Numbered from the stretch's first letter, positions 40,471 to 55,622 are shown. The stretch: 64,000 nt of DNA from Octopus sinensis (GCF_006345805.1 NC_042999.1:76756001-76820000); one strand, 5' to 3'. Notes: a model not told the origin generated them from the sequence alone. Program-made: numbers and translations.

Positions 40471-40816
40471 TGATTCTGGGTGTCAAACAAGATCAATATG
40501 TTCGATATTTTCTTATCATTTTGCTCCTAATTTACTTCATTACTTTTTCCCTCTTTTTTTTCTCTCTTCCCTTCTATTCTAACATTTCTCGCAGCTTCCT
40601 GTATTCCTCCTTTACATTTGCCCTCCCTGATCTCTATGTTCACCTTTATGTGTTCAACTCTGCCTTTTCATCCCTCTTGGGTCGATCGAATAAGTACCAG
40701 TCAGGAATTCAAGTCAGTTTATTCAACAACATTCTTCCTCTGATAAATTTGTAGGAGTATTTTTGGCAGCAGAACTATCCATGATTCGTGTTGTTGTTAT
40801 AATAATAATAATAATA

Positions 40817-40870
<54 letters not shown>

Positions 40871-40875
40871 TAGAA

Positions 40876-41050
40876 GGCGGCGTGGGCGAAATGCTTAACG
40901 GCATTTCGTCCGTCTTTACGTTCAAATTTGCCTTTCAACTTTTCGGGGTCGATAAATTAAGTACCAGTGAAACGCTGGGGTCGATGTAATCGACTAATCC
41001 CCTCCCACAAATTTCAGGCCGTATGCCTTCAGTGGAAAGACTTATTTTTA
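40876..41050 (+). mobile_element. SINE family B with internal deletions, after (ATT)n
   Basis: GCCTTTCAACTTTTCGGGGTCGATAAATTAAGTACCAGTGAAACGCTGGGGTCGATGTAATCGACT. Confidence 0.85.
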
Positions 41051-41266
41051 TTGGGGATGGATTGAAAGAATTGTTAGTGCATCTGACAAAATACCTGGTA
41101 GATGTATTATATAATGGCTCTTTACATTGTGTTCAAATCTTGCCGAGTGTAGATAAAATTAAGTACTAGTTAACTAATAAGATTAACTATATTCATCTCA
41201 TCGATTCTTCCATTTCGCAAAATTCTTAATCTAGTTCCTACTTTAGAAATTATTATGATTATTACA

Positions 41267-41679
41267 GGCGCAGGTGCGGCTGAGTAGTAAGAAGCTTGCT
41301 TTCCAACCACATGATTCCGGGTTCAGACCTACTGCGTGGCACCTTGGGCAAGTGTCTTCTACTATAGCCTCGCCTCGGGCCGTCCAAAGATTTGTGAGTG
41401 GATATGGTAGACGGGAACCGAAAGAAGCCCGCCGTATATATATATGTTTGAATGTATGTATATCTGTGTGTGTGTGTCTTTGAGTTTGTGTTTGTCCCCC
41501 ACTACCGCTTGACAACCGGTGTTGGTGTGTTTACGTCCACGTAACTTAGCGGTTCGGCATAAGAGACCGATAGAATAAGTACCAGGTTTACAAAAATAAG
41601 TACATTCTTTCGACTAAAAATTCAAAGTGATGCCCCAGTATGGCCGCAGTCTAATGCCTGAAATAAGTAAGAATAAGAA
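41267..41679 (+). mobile_element. SINE family A, full length
   Basis: Same family. Confidence 0.88.
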
Positions 41680-44612
41680 TACATTATTCAACGTTACATA
41701 TTTTAGGTTTAATCGTTATTATTCTCGTGGAAATATTCGTGAGTAAACTAAGATGTCAGCACACAAGTGGTTTATGTTTTTGTTTGACCTCTCGTGCGTA
41801 GCAACTTTATTTCACTAATTATACTGATGTTTTCGACATCTTAAGAGATGCATGAACGTCACACAATCTCATTCTTCATCTTTTCATGGTCTCTACTTAC
41901 AGTTAGCTGAGTATACTGGGACAACCCGTTGAAAGTTGACTAATAGAATACAAAACCTCGAACTCTTGGTAAGGTGTCCAACTTGGAAAGCCTCAGTAGT
42001 CAGTTTCCAGTTTATTTAGCCCTTTAGCAACGTTCTACCTTTTATTTGTGTATTCTAAAAATGAGCAATCTTCAAGAAACGAAACAAAATGTCCTAAATG
42101 GGGCACCAGAATAATGCCATAAACTTCATTCTAGTATAGTTAATATACCTTGGGCTACATTATGCAGCTGCATCCGTACTTTGTTACAAGCGGTTTGAGT
42201 GTAATTTGAGGAAGACGAGATTTGAGTTTGACTACTATTTCTAGCACGTCGAGCGACTTCTTTAAAGCAATCTCGTTGGTTCGTTTCAGGTGAATTGTCG
42301 GATGTTGTAATCCACTCAACAATCCACGCACTCCTATCTTGATAGATTAGCAGAAAATAGAAATTCCGAATCTTGATCAAAGATCGTAAAAGACACGGCA
42401 GTGGCAGCAGCAGCAGCAGCAGCAGCAAGAAGGTTCTTCTGTCGTCTTATCTATCCAGCCGTTCGCGACTTTTCTTCAACCACTTTACCGTTAACGAAAT
42501 CAATTCTATCCATCTCTTACCGCACCTGCCTCCTCCACTAAATCAAACCTTTTTTTTTTTTTTTTTTACTGATTTTCCTGCTTTTTATTATTTTGTAATA
42601 TTATTTTTACCGCAGCTTTCTTTTTTATCGGCTTTTATTCCAATTCATTAATTTTTCCTATATTTCATTGTTTCCTCCACCACCACCACCACCACAACCA
42701 CCCCTACCGCCGCCGCCGCCACTACTACCATTTCGCTATCACCTTAGAAATACCACCACCATTGCTACTACCATATCCGTCAACACCACCGTCAACAACA
42801 ACAATTTACCGTCATCGTCACAACATCGCTCCCATCATACCATTGCTACTACTATCATCACCATTACCACCATTTACCTCTAACACCATACAGCCATCAT
42901 CATCATCACTAACAACACAATCCCCACAGAACTGCTACCAACCACTACCACACCCATATCAATACTACTACCATCACCACAGCCACAACAATCAGCTTCA
43001 CCACCACTACAGTTACCATCACCAGCACCACCGCTATCATCACCATACATGTATAATTTTTACTAACATTACCAACACAATTACCACTGCTACTACTATC
43101 ACCGCCAAAGACATCAACACCATTATTCCCTCAACCCCCCACCGTCACTATATCCACCGCCACCACCATTACAACTGCCACCACCACCATCACCAATACA
43201 ACTACCACCACCACTACCATCACCACTATAATCTCTTCCCTTAACCACTTATTCCATCTTTACAATTATCATTCTTTTTGTTCTTTATTGAGTGGGTGTA
43301 AGGGGATTTTCTATGGCGTTTTTATTCCTTTTGTTTTCTGTAAGGTTTGCTATTTTTTTTTGTCTTTTGTTGTTGCTACTTTCTTTGTTGTTGTTGTTGT
43401 TATTGCTGCTGTTGTTCATTCCGTATCTTTTGCAGCTTTCAGATGGATCTTGTTTTTGATCTTCAGTAATTTCTATCACATAGCATCCTTCAATCCACCA
43501 TCGCTGGCGCTGCCAACACCATCACGGACAATGACGACGACGACGACACCATTAATATCATTAACAACATCGCAACAACCAATACCACCACCACCACCAC
43601 CACCACCACCATCACCACAACCACCACACTCATTAGCAACACCGTCACCAAAACCAGCAACATTCTCATAACCAGCACCAACACCAATGCCATTAAAGTT
43701 ACATCACCAAAATCATCAACAACACTATCACCGACCAGTATACGAACGTCACCACTACCATCGCCGCCACCACTACCATCGCCGCCACCACTACCATCGC
43801 CGCCACCACCACCACTGTCACTACCATCACCACAGCCACATCCAGCAACTCAGACACTGCCATCATAGCAATTACTATAGCCATAACCGCCATCACAACA
43901 GCTGCTAACATCGTCACTACCTTAACCACTATAACAGACATCGACGACGACACCCTCGCCCTAGCCACTGGTTCAACCAGCACCACCATCACCACCACTA
44001 CTACTACCGCCATTGTTACAGCAGTCATTATCTTCACCTTCTGCCATTACTCCATTGCTTTTCCAAATGCTCGCGCACGCTTGCACGCTCACACACTCGC
44101 ATGCTGGCACGCCGGCACGCTCGCATGCCTGCATGCTCTCTTTGCAGTTCAGTGTAAAAACATTTCTAATGTCGTGAAGATAGATGGTTACCCCACTCAC
44201 GGAGTAAATCAAATTGCATTAGAGCTGAGTCAAAGAATCGAACGGCGGGAATTATACCGACATTTGAAGAAGAGTGTGTCGATGAACGGGGCGTCGATGA
44301 GAAGAGAAACGAAGTAAAAAAGTAAATGGGTGAAGTGCAGGAAAAAAGAGGGGGGTTGCAGGAAAACAGGTGGAAGAAGGTTGGATAGATTGGTGAGTGA
44401 GAAGAGGAAGCGGTTAAAATAGCAGTAAAAGATTACTGAATAATATATAGAGAGAGAGTGAGGGGGGATGGAGGATACGAAGGGCAGAGAATATAAGCAG
44501 ACAGGCAGAGTTGACAACATCAGTGAATAGATAGACACGTTTGTAGCGAAAAGAAAGAAAAGAATTGACAATCTGAGAGGACGCTGATTATGTGTACGTA
44601 TACGTGTGAGTA

Positions 44613-44646
<34 letters not shown>

Positions 44647-44753
44647 GGGGAGAGAGAGAGGCAAACAGACATAAAAAAGAGAGTGCGTACGAGCACAACT
44701 AAACATATCTCATTCTCTTTCATACATATATATGCAAACAACGCACACTACAC

Positions 44754-44839
<86 letters not shown>

Positions 44840-44884
44840 TATTCTCACACACACACATACATATATACACTACACGCGCATATG

Positions 44885-44937
<53 letters not shown>

Positions 44938-44999
44938 TATACACACATTTGTGTGTATTCATTGGTACACACACCACATAAATAATGGCTTGATAGCTT

Positions 45000-45097
<98 letters not shown>

Positions 45098-45391
45098 ATG
45101 AGTTGTACTGGGTGAGAGAGTTGGTGAGTGAGAGAAGGAAAGAAAAGGGGCTTTCGAGCGATAAATAGCTTTGCCACAGATGAGTTGAATCAAGCTGTAT
45201 AATATAGGCAAAGCACTTTGAAGGAGAGAGTCCCCTGTAGTTAATAAATCAGAGATCAAGAACAGATTTTATTGGCAGAGCGAGGCTTTTAAGGGGAAAT
45301 CTAAACTGGCTATCGTTCTAAAACACACAGACACTCATACACAATTGCACACTCACACACACACACGTACACAAACACTGCAAGGGCATAA

Positions 45392-45488
<97 letters not shown>

Positions 45489-45610
45489 GAAAGAGAGAGA
45501 GAGGGAGGGAGAGAGAGGGAGAGATCCGTGTGAAGCCGTTTTACGCAGCAAGCTCCTTTGGTTGTTGACAGGTTTATCAGTCCTTGTTGATGTTTATTAT
45601 TATTATTATC

Positions 45611-45666
<56 letters not shown>

Positions 45667-48600
45667 AGGTCATGAATGTGATGATGTTTACGCCAGAGGC
45701 AGTAGCAAAATAAACTCAAAAGTAATATAAACTTGGCATGTTTCAAATAAAATTCGGTAATAGTGGATATTTTTGTTTTTGCTTTCACTGGTCTAAAAGT
45801 ACTTCTTTGAGAGAGAAAGAGCGAATGAAAGGGAGAGATCGTTCTGTTTAGTGTAGTTCGACATCCACCCTACCATCGAAATATAATCGATATCGACTTG
45901 AAATAATTGGCTAGCCAAAAAGTCAAAGCTTCTTAGCTGAAAATGCTGGGTTACCAACTGATGAATCAGAACTTGATTCCTATTACGTCACCATCACTCT
46001 GTTGTGTCATGCATGGCAAAGACACAATTTTCAAACGGCTTGATCCTTTTAGCTGCACAACAGCTGGGGAAGGGGGTTACTGTTGTAAAGGGAAAGGATA
46101 GCCACTATATAACTGGATTATTTGGCAAAGCCACTGTTTTTTGTTAGCTTAGCGGTATAATCACTTTATTTTAGAATGGCTAGGACAGAAAAGAAAGGTC
46201 AGCAGTCATGCGGAAGGAGATTATTATCTCAGAAAACCTTGACCGAATACCTGCAACGGCCTTGACTGTTTTTAAATACCCATGAGCCTGGTTCTGGTGT
46301 TAAACTAGGCGATGAGTTCATTTTACCACACAAAGACAGCAACGACCCCTCCGATGGCCCAAAACAAGTTTTCGTCAATCAGAGACTTGTTTAAATTGTT
46401 TCGCAGTGGGATCGAACCGAAAACTACATAGCTATGAAGGAAACATCCTAACCATAGAGCCAATCTAAATACACTCCTATCATTTTTACTCACTGTAACA
46501 CACAGTTATTGTCCTAGCTCGTTGCTTCTATGTATATTATTGACCTCAAGGGAAATGATATATAAATTCGACGTTTCGTATACGAAAAGATGAAACTAAA
46601 TATTGTGTCATAATAATCAAGCGCTGTATCGTTTCTGCTAACTGAGCATTCAGATTTTTTCTTCTTCTTTTTTTATAATTTCCGAATGATCCAATAGCAT
46701 GTGTCAAAGTCAGCATTTTTGCTTAGCATGAGAAAGGCAGAAGTAAACCATTCCAATGTAAACTCTTTTGAATCCCAATAGTAATTCGAAAAATTCGGTG
46801 GTATGTCAAAGAGTTACGGAAATAACAATCAAATTGCTACTAACTTACTGTCGATCAAGAATTTGTGGCAAGTAATACATTATTGGTAAGCAATTTGAAT
46901 ATGAATAAATTAGTGATCTATGTTACTATCTCAGTAGGCTTATTTTTATTGCCTGCTTTCACTTTAATTTAAATTCGTGCATAGTTTTGTTTATTTGTTT
47001 CCCTATCGTACTGAAAATACTCTATGTAATTTCTGTCAAGTGCCTAATGGTTGCTATATTGTACGCGTGATGTATATGACCTAAGAATTGGCTTATTCTT
47101 ACGATAGTAATGCCAGTACAGAGAGAAAGATTAACATTCTTTTGCATAGACGGTCAACAAAATTAATGCCAGTAGTATTCTGAAATGGTATATCCATCAC
47201 ACTATATCCCTATTAATTTCTAGCCTTCATTATTACAATATTATATCGTGTCAAAGTATTAAGTAAATTATTATGTAAATATTATTATGTATTAATTCAG
47301 TCTTCTTTTGTACATTTGCAACATAACGAGACTCCATTTCCCAGTAGGTGGAATCCAAGGTAGTTTGTACGTAGTATGAAATATATCTTTATTCGTAATT
47401 CAACATAATATTGTCTTAATTTGCGTCGTAACTGAATAAATGACCCGAGTCATAACATTTGTAAAGGACTACAATCACAAAGTTTGAACAGTAACGCTCA
47501 GCAGGCAGAATAGATTTGAGTTCAGAATGTTCGAAATGTATCGAAGAATACTTACTGATGCGATTGATTCTCAAAGCAAAGGAATAGAAAACACAGAAAA
47601 ATGGTTGTCTTAGTATCAATTAAGTCGGATAACTGAAGATCAATACGAAATGTTTTCCGATATATTGAGGTGCAGAAGGGGGAATCCCTGTCACCACATT
47701 TATAGTTTTAAAGCTATTTTATGTCCAGCGTAATTGCTACTAAGTCCATAACATGAAGATATTTATGTACCATTAATATAATTTTAAATGTATCTTCTAA
47801 TCAATATTAAGTCAGTAAAACACAGCAATAACTTCACGCCTACCAACATAATTAATAACTTAATTCACGTTGTTAACATCTTTGTTTGATAACTGGTGAG
47901 TGAGAAGACACGTAATGCAAGAGTTTATTTCCCGTTAAGCTAAGGATGCGCGACGCAACTCTATTCCTAGATGGAGTCACTCCACTTCAACAACTCAATA
48001 ACTAAATGTCTTTAGAAAAGGAAACAAGCAGAACTTCCAAATCGCCTATCTTTAAAATATATGGACATTCTGCGTTGTTAAAAAATGCACTAAATATATA
48101 TTTTCTCGATGAAGTTAGTTTTCGCATATCTCAGCTGTTTCTCATTTTACAATTACTTTAATTCTCATTAAACTTCTTAATTTCTTACATAGATAAAAAG
48201 CTACATATTTGTACGAAAGTAGTGTATGATTGCCAAGCCTTTCTAAATGAACAGGTTACAAACAGAAATCGAAAACGAGGCTTGTACACGGTTCACTGGG
48301 AGTTTATTTTTTCCTAATCCCTAAAAATATTATAAAAACATTATAAATATTAAACTGATTATTTATTTATTGCATAAAGCAAAAATATCTGAAAGGGGTA
48401 GAATGAGATTTTGTTCATAGCTTTGTCGACATGAGATGCTTCCAACACGTAGACAAGAAGTATTCCTGATTGGGGGATAATGGCATACTCTGTGGTACAG
48501 TGTTTTGGTCAAAAGCCGAACTGCAGGAAAAGAATTAGTTTCAAATAAGCAGCACTGATTTTGCGTATGGCCCGTTGATTCTATTATTTTGATAGTACTC

Positions 48601-48714
48601 TGAAGGATATGCTGTTGATTACATTATCTTGCTATGTGCGTTGGTGGATTTCTGTTTACTTGTCGAGTCTGTAAAACGAAGCAGAAACCATCAGCTTTGC
48701 AGGACCTCCTAGAA

Positions 48715-49200
48715 AAGTGAGACTGAATTTGTTACCATTCTGTTTAAAATATTGCAAGTGAACTGCAGGGGAAACATGAGCAGGAAGGTCAGATGGTTGA
48801 CAATATGGAAAGGACTGAAGGACAGCTTGAATGAATATGGCGCGAGATCAACCAGCTCTGAGGAGTAGAAGGCCACAATATTAAGAAAACAGAAAAATTC
48901 TTTTCCTAATATGTTTGTGAGAGAGAGGCAAGAGAGGTTCTATGAGTAACTTTTCTTTGAATATTACCTTGGATGTCTGTGCGAGCAGCAACAACCTCGC
49001 CTAAGATATGAGAGAAATACTCTGTTTTGGTCTTCATCTGAGATTTGCAGAGCTTCGTTAATTGTTCGGGCATGAAATATTTTCTGACCCTGAAAGAGAA
49101 GAACTGGTCCTTATGATGCAACCTTATCTATGTTAAGAATGTACTTTTGCCTGGGAAGATCTTCGCTGGTAAGAAAGCCTACCATTCTGAGCGATCACGT
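48715..49200 (-). pseudogene. Fossil LINE (CR1/Jockey-group) RT C-terminal region
   Basis: RVRKYFMPEQLTKLCKSQMKTKTEYFSHILG...IQRK, SSELVDLAP and LPAHVSP...LQYFKQ resemble the LYK.Q.RP.LEY.SH.W / WN.LP..VFP consensus. Confidence 0.65.
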
Positions 49201-49848
49201 GTTTTCTGTTTGTGTATTTTACACGTTTATGTGGGGTGAGATGTTATATATATATAACGAGACAGGCAGACAGAGAATAGAGTTTCTATTGTTTTTTTTT
49301 TTTCTTTTTGCTAGTCAAAGAGACGATATTAGCAGGTCCCTAATGGCTGGGTGGTTTCAAAGTCAGGGCTGTGGACACTCTTTTGTATATAGTAACTGCA
49401 AAAGCACTCTTCAACTGCTTTCAGAGCAAGCTACAAACTGAGCATGGGTGAAGTATCTGACATAAGTGATAGCCAGTCACTACAACATTTCTTCTAGCTT
49501 TAGTTGGCTTATCGGGAGTTCTTTACTTTGTAAGATTTTAGTTGTAGTATTATCCTTCTGAAACAATTTCGTTTCAACACAGTTCTACACGGCTGTAGCA
49601 GAGGATTATTTAATGTGGGTGCTATCATTCTATTTACCAATGCCAAGAATGTCAGTAAATTTATTAACAGTCGCACAAATAATTCATAGTACGAATAATT
49701 AATATAAATAAATTAATGTAAATAACATTAACTTTCTCTCTCGCCTTCGCTCTCTATTTATCCATCGATACCTCTCTCCATCCTTATCAAACTATTTCTC
49801 CCTTTTCTCATTAATGAGTGACTATATGTTCTCACATGTGCATGTATG

Positions 49849-49916
<68 letters not shown>

Positions 49917-50449
49917 AATACAGTAGAGGTTAGGGTAATACATCTTTCAATACCATGATAACATGGACAGTTAGAAGGTGCAAGGGAGGGATTAATGTAA
50001 CCTAATCGATTTATCGTCTCTCGGTCGCTTATTGATTTAATAAATGATAAATTAGAGTGGAATTTTATATACCGTTTATTAAGCAATTATCCCAAACTTG
50101 CAAACAAAGGCAATGGATCTGGCTAATTACGATACCATTCAAACGAAATAATGCGCTATATACATTTCCATCCCTTACTCCTCTTCTCAATGTTTAACCT
50201 CATTCATCTCCCTCTTTCTCTTTCTACTTTTATCTATCTTCTCTCTCTCTGTCTATCCTCTTTCTCTTTCCTTTCTTTCTCTCTGTCATTCCCTCAGTCT
50301 TTATGATTACTTTCTTTCTCCTGCCTCTCTCTCATACTTTCTCTGACTCTTTAGCTGTCTCTACTACTGTACTTCAAGGTCACTTCACTCTCATTCCAAT
50401 ACTCAAATAGCAACATCAATAAAATCACTATACCAGCAGAATCCTTGAG

Positions 50450-50700
50450 CCAACGAAGGAATTTCTTTGTCGTCGCTCGACTTTCTAGGAATAGCAGTTA
50501 ATTTCCCCTCAAACTACACTCTATCGTCTTAAAATCGGGGAAGAATGCATTGGTTAATGCAATCTCTGATATGCAGAAAGATGAGATGAGGTGGAGAGTG
50601 TAGTTTTCAGATAAAAGAACAACAAAATACAAGCATCATTAGAACAATTTGATCATAAATACGCCCAATTCGAACTGACCTAGGGTTAAACAATGACAAC
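50450..50700 (+). repeat. Interspersed repeat family C
   Basis: CCAACGAAGG...TTCTAGGAATAGCAG...CTGACCTAGGGTTAAACAA; followed by an inverted partial copy at about 50730-50833. Confidence 0.65.
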
Positions 50701-50835
50701 ACCACTAGGCAACACTACTAGAGTTTGTTATTGTTTGGCTCATTATTTAGCCCTGACCGTGTAATCCTACACACAATGACATTCCTGCCATGACCTCACC
50801 CCCTTTATTTCAGCCATTCTATATCGAGGAATATA

Positions 50836-51045
50836 CGAGAGAGTACTGTAAAAGGTCCTGGCTTTAAGGATATCGCGAAAGGCCTGGTTGGAGGCCTAAC
50901 ATTCCAAGTTTTTTAAAAGGCTTAAAAAAACTGAAGGAATACAGCAATGACTGTCTGAATCAGAGAGGGGAATATGTTGAATAAAATCATAACTGATCCT
51001 CCTGTATTTTCTTCTACCCAAAACCAGGAACTTTTCAGCATCTTT
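50836..51045 (+). mobile_element. Mariner-derived MITE
   Basis: Starts TA-CGAGAG, has TIR cores, and the interior encodes DCLNQRGEYVE*, a mariner transposase C-terminus. Confidence 0.8.
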
Positions 51046-51652
51046 TTTAATGGTACGAAATATAATAACGGAGATTTGGTAGTTACCTCTCTTTTGAATG
51101 AAACTTTTCTTAAAAAGGAAAAAATTGAAGTGTACGTTAGATAAAGTAATCTTCGAAACACTAAGCCTGGAAATAAGACAAGGTCGTAACAGTAGTTCAA
51201 AACCTTGAGCGGACAAAATATAATATCCAAGTCATCATTAGTCCAAGATGTACTCATAGAAGAAACAGATAAAATATTAGAAAGGACCTAAATTCTAATG
51301 CATTAGGGAAAAGGATGGAGAACGTCGGAAGTGTGATGCTCACAATGTTTTCCCAGTTGTAGTGTCATGTAATGTAATAGTTTTTACATAGACCTTGCTG
51401 TACAAATAACTTAAGTACTTGCACAACAACGTTCGTCAAGATAGGTTTATTGGGGCACAAGTGCTTTTGAGACTAATTGTGGTTGGATGATGTGTGAAGA
51501 TATGGAGGAGAAAGACACCTATCATTGTACATAAAAATTGAAAGTAAAAGACATTGGATTTGATGTAGAATTAGAAGTGGAGCATACCAAAGTATGTGTG
51601 GAGTATATTTTGATGTTGCTATTATTGATTTCTTAATGCATTAAAAACATTA

Positions 51653-52062
51653 TCTTTTTATTGCTTCAGTCATTAAACTGTGGCCATGCCGGAGCACCGT
51701 TTTGAAGAATTTTTGTTTTTTAGGCAAATGAATCGACCCCAGTACTTAAATTTGTTTGCTAAGCCTGGTATTTATTCTATCGATTTCTTTTGCCGAATCG
51801 CTAAGTTACGGGGACATAAATACATCAACGCCAGTTGTCAGGCCGTGGTGGGGACAGACACAAACACAACGACATGCACGCACATACATACATATATATA
51901 TATATATACACACAACGGGATTCTTCCAGTTTCCGTCTACCAAATCCACTCACAGGGTTTTGGTCAGCCCGAGGTCTCCAGAAGACACTTGCCCAAGGTT
52001 CCATGGAGTGGGACTGAACCTGGAACCATGTGATTAGGAAGCAAACTTCCTACTACACAGCT
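51653..52062 (-). mobile_element. SINE family A, diverged
   Basis: Same family. Confidence 0.85.
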
Positions 52063-54039
52063 GATTAATAGATTACAATTATATAGCAGCCAAACCTCGC
52101 TTCAAATCGTACCGTCTTCAAAGGAAAAAGACAAACCGACATATTACATAGTCTAGTTCTAGATACATAGTGTAAAAATAACCGAATGATTACGACCGGA
52201 AAGCTTTTGATCATAGATCGGCTCAATTATGTTATTTCATGGAACTAAACACCACCACCAGACAAAAACTAAATGAATGAATTCTTTTATTTCCAGGCTA
52301 TTTATTCTGAACTGTCACATTCGCAATACAAGATGCAAAAGAAGTGAAAAGGCTAAACGGAGAATTGAAACCGCGAAGCAGACTCAACTCACAGAGAAGC
52401 TAAAATCAAGATAAGATGGTTGCACAATGTTTTATATCATTAGGCGTTAAATGAATATTATTGATTTAAAACGTATAAGTAAATGATAAGGCTGCTTGCG
52501 TTTATTTTTTTAAAAAAAGAAATACATGTTTATAGCGTGAAATATGTGTTTATAATAGTGGAATATATATGTTTATAAATATATTTCACATAATTTTTAT
52601 AAATATATGTTAATAATGTAGGAATATGTGTTTATAATAGTGAAATAGATGTATTTCCATAATGAGAAATGAGCTTTTATAAATATATGTTATATATGTT
52701 TGTAAATATATGTTTATAACGTAAAAAATACTATATCATTATAAAAATGTTTATTTTATCATAGAATACACTGTCTTTTATTTTTCTTGCATTACGAAAC
52801 AAGATTTCAAACTAGATATAATAACATCACTAGATGACAGAGTGAGAGGAAGGGGAGCGATATCGATAAATATACATGTATTGATATATAATATTACTTA
52901 ATGTGTATGTATAGTATTAAAAAATCGTATCAACTATAACAGTGTCGATATAATAATAACAGAGAAGTGCATTCAATAATAGCAGCCTTAAAATATAATA
53001 TTATATTTAATCAATATCCTTTCAATCTTGTTCTAAACCATTTCATCGATTTTGTAGAAATGCATTTGGGAAGGTTTATTTTTTTTAGGTTTTGTCGTTT
53101 GTTTTATGTGATTTTTTAAATTTTGCTTTAAATTTTTGTTGTTTTTTTTTCTAGGTGCTTTTACTGAAATAGACTGAGATGAAAAATGTTATAATAATAA
53201 TGATAATGATGATGCTATTACTACTACTACTACTACTGCTACTACCACCACTACTATTACGTAGAAGAAGAAGAAGAAGAAGAAGAAGAAGAAGAAGAAG
53301 AAGAAGAAGAAGAAGAAGAAGAAGAAGAATGAAAGTGTATTTAAAAGGAAAAATGAAACAATAAGTTTATATTTTAGAAAAGTTGAAACCGAGTATTATC
53401 CTGCCATTGATTTTTCTTTTCTTTTTCTTTCACTTAAATGCCACTCAATGTAAGCCGTGGAATTGTAATTTTTCATTGGTGGAGTGGAACAATGCTACAC
53501 ATATAGTCTTGATGCGGAGCATCTTGTGTGTGTATGTGTGTGTGTGATGTACATATACATATATTACATTATACATATATAAATATATCTGTGCGTGTTT
53601 ATGTACATATAAATTTATAGGTCTATGTGTATACATATGGTGTGTGCATGTATATATTTAATTTAAATGTGATGCACAGTGTACTTTTTAATAAACATAG
53701 AATTTAAATCGTGCTCTAAAAAGTAAATAAAATATTTGCACAACAGATTTTATCTTTCATGTACAGAAAAATGGGAACTATCTGACTATTTTCTACTCAT
53801 TTTAAAGCTTTATCAAGGGAAGAATACGTATCTTCTTTTCACAGAAAGATTAGCTTGTAGGCATTTATAGGGTATATGAACTAGGATTCATCAACACTAG
53901 TCAGTTTGTGCAACAGTGTATATGCCAACAATGTGAATTAATTACACATTATTTTTCGTTTGTTTTGAAGAATTTTAAAATACAATGCAAGACACATCTT
54001 TTGGTAACCATATTTTGTAGCTTCATTGTGAAAATTAAA

Positions 54040-54820
54040 GTGGTTAGACAACTGCTTTTATCTCTCCGTGAGCAGACAAAAAATAGGATCAGTCTGATAG
54101 GTAGCTAATTTTCCTACAGTTTTATCTGAGAAAGTATTTCCATCTCCTATTCATAGAGATACTGGAAACTTCTAGCTTTTTTTTACTGAATAGGAACTAA
54201 GAGTCAGTTAAACAGATCAGGAAAAACTACGTAATAAATCAAATTGCTCAACCACTCCTTTTAATTAAATGAACAGTTTAATATTGCTAAATTGTTACTA
54301 AACTAAGTAAACACTCCTGAACTAACCATAGATATAGAAGATTTCCAACAGACTCAATCTGAAATTAACCTACAGTTGTACGATAACTATACAAGCAGAA
54401 CATACTACACACCCCATCACCCAATAAAACTACAAGCATATGTTCATGTTAAAGTACTGACACATGTCTTACAATGCAGAAGCCTTAATTTATGAAGCAG
54501 GGGTTGCCTCTAAAAACCCAAAACATTGGTGCGGAACATAAATTCAAGAAAAGGTCTGTAACAATAGATCCTCCTGCTGACATATCGAAAAAAGGAATGC
54601 AATATAATTAACTGAATAGATCTAACAGTTCAAAGAGAAGCTTTGAACAACAACATCAAATGGAATGTTATTGAAACATCAAGATAAAAAGTGCATTCTC
54701 TACACAGCAAAGAAAAATGTCATATTCAAAAAGCTGATTTCTATTGGAATACAAGGTCGAAGATTTTCGCTAAATATATGTACTTGGTCAAGAATCTGCT
54801 ACATAACTGGGCCGCACTAA
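54040..54820 (+). pseudogene. Fossil Penelope-like element ORF (RT thumb/linker plus GIY-YIG endonuclease), heavily frameshifted
   Basis: Colinear motifs: HRYR..NRLNLKLTYSC (54347-54379), CSC*STDTCL, IYEAGV (54488-54505), IGAEHKFKKR (54525-54554), NIKWNVI (54652-54672), KCIL, NTRSKIFAK (54748-54774). These match the PLE C-terminal consensus as I recall it. Confidence 0.65.
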
Positions 54821-55099
54821 TTTAGCTGCCTCACGCAATTCATAAAGACACACGGACTGGTACATATATATGGATGCTTGCATATGATTCACTACATTTT
54901 ACTACACTTATTTTACAGCCCTTATCTTTTACTTCTTTACCTTTCAGTTTTATTTTATATATATATTTATTTTATATATATACTGAATACTAAGTCAATT
55001 GCCCACTCACTCGAAATTGCTGGCCTTGTGCCAAAATGTGAAACCCATATATGTAATTCCTACTGTATTAGGTACCTCTTTCGTTTGTCCACTCACTCC

Positions 55100-55151
<52 letters not shown>

Positions 55152-55579
55152 CATGTCTTTGGGCATGTATGCAATAATGATATATGCTTCCAACGGCCAC
55201 AACAACATATAAGTGCTCCCTATTTTGATAACTGTGAAGATTATGAGATAAATCTCTCCCTGAATAGGAAAGCGAACAATCTATCCAAGTCAGAGATACA
55301 AATCTCAAAAGATCAGTGAATTGCAAAATGGCATATTCGATAAATTAAAGTATTCGACCTCAGGCAGCTGCCAGTCGTCTATTTTGCCTCCTTGTACTTT
55401 CTGCCTCTTTAGAAATGTATCTCTTTTAGCACTTATGTGCGTTTGCTTCTGTGTGCGTGTGTGCGTGGGCGCGCAGGCACTGCATTTTCGTTTTCCGAAT
55501 GTTTGTGTATACATCTTTAAAGAGTGGGACAATCAACAATGGACTCCATGTGAAATGACATACCTAAATTTACACACGC

Positions 55580-55622
<43 letters not shown>

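Noticed and set aside
47633-47660. CTGAAGA...GAAA hammerhead-like words (also CTGACGACGAAAC near 12815)
   Set aside because: No stem II or stem I pairing; chance matches.
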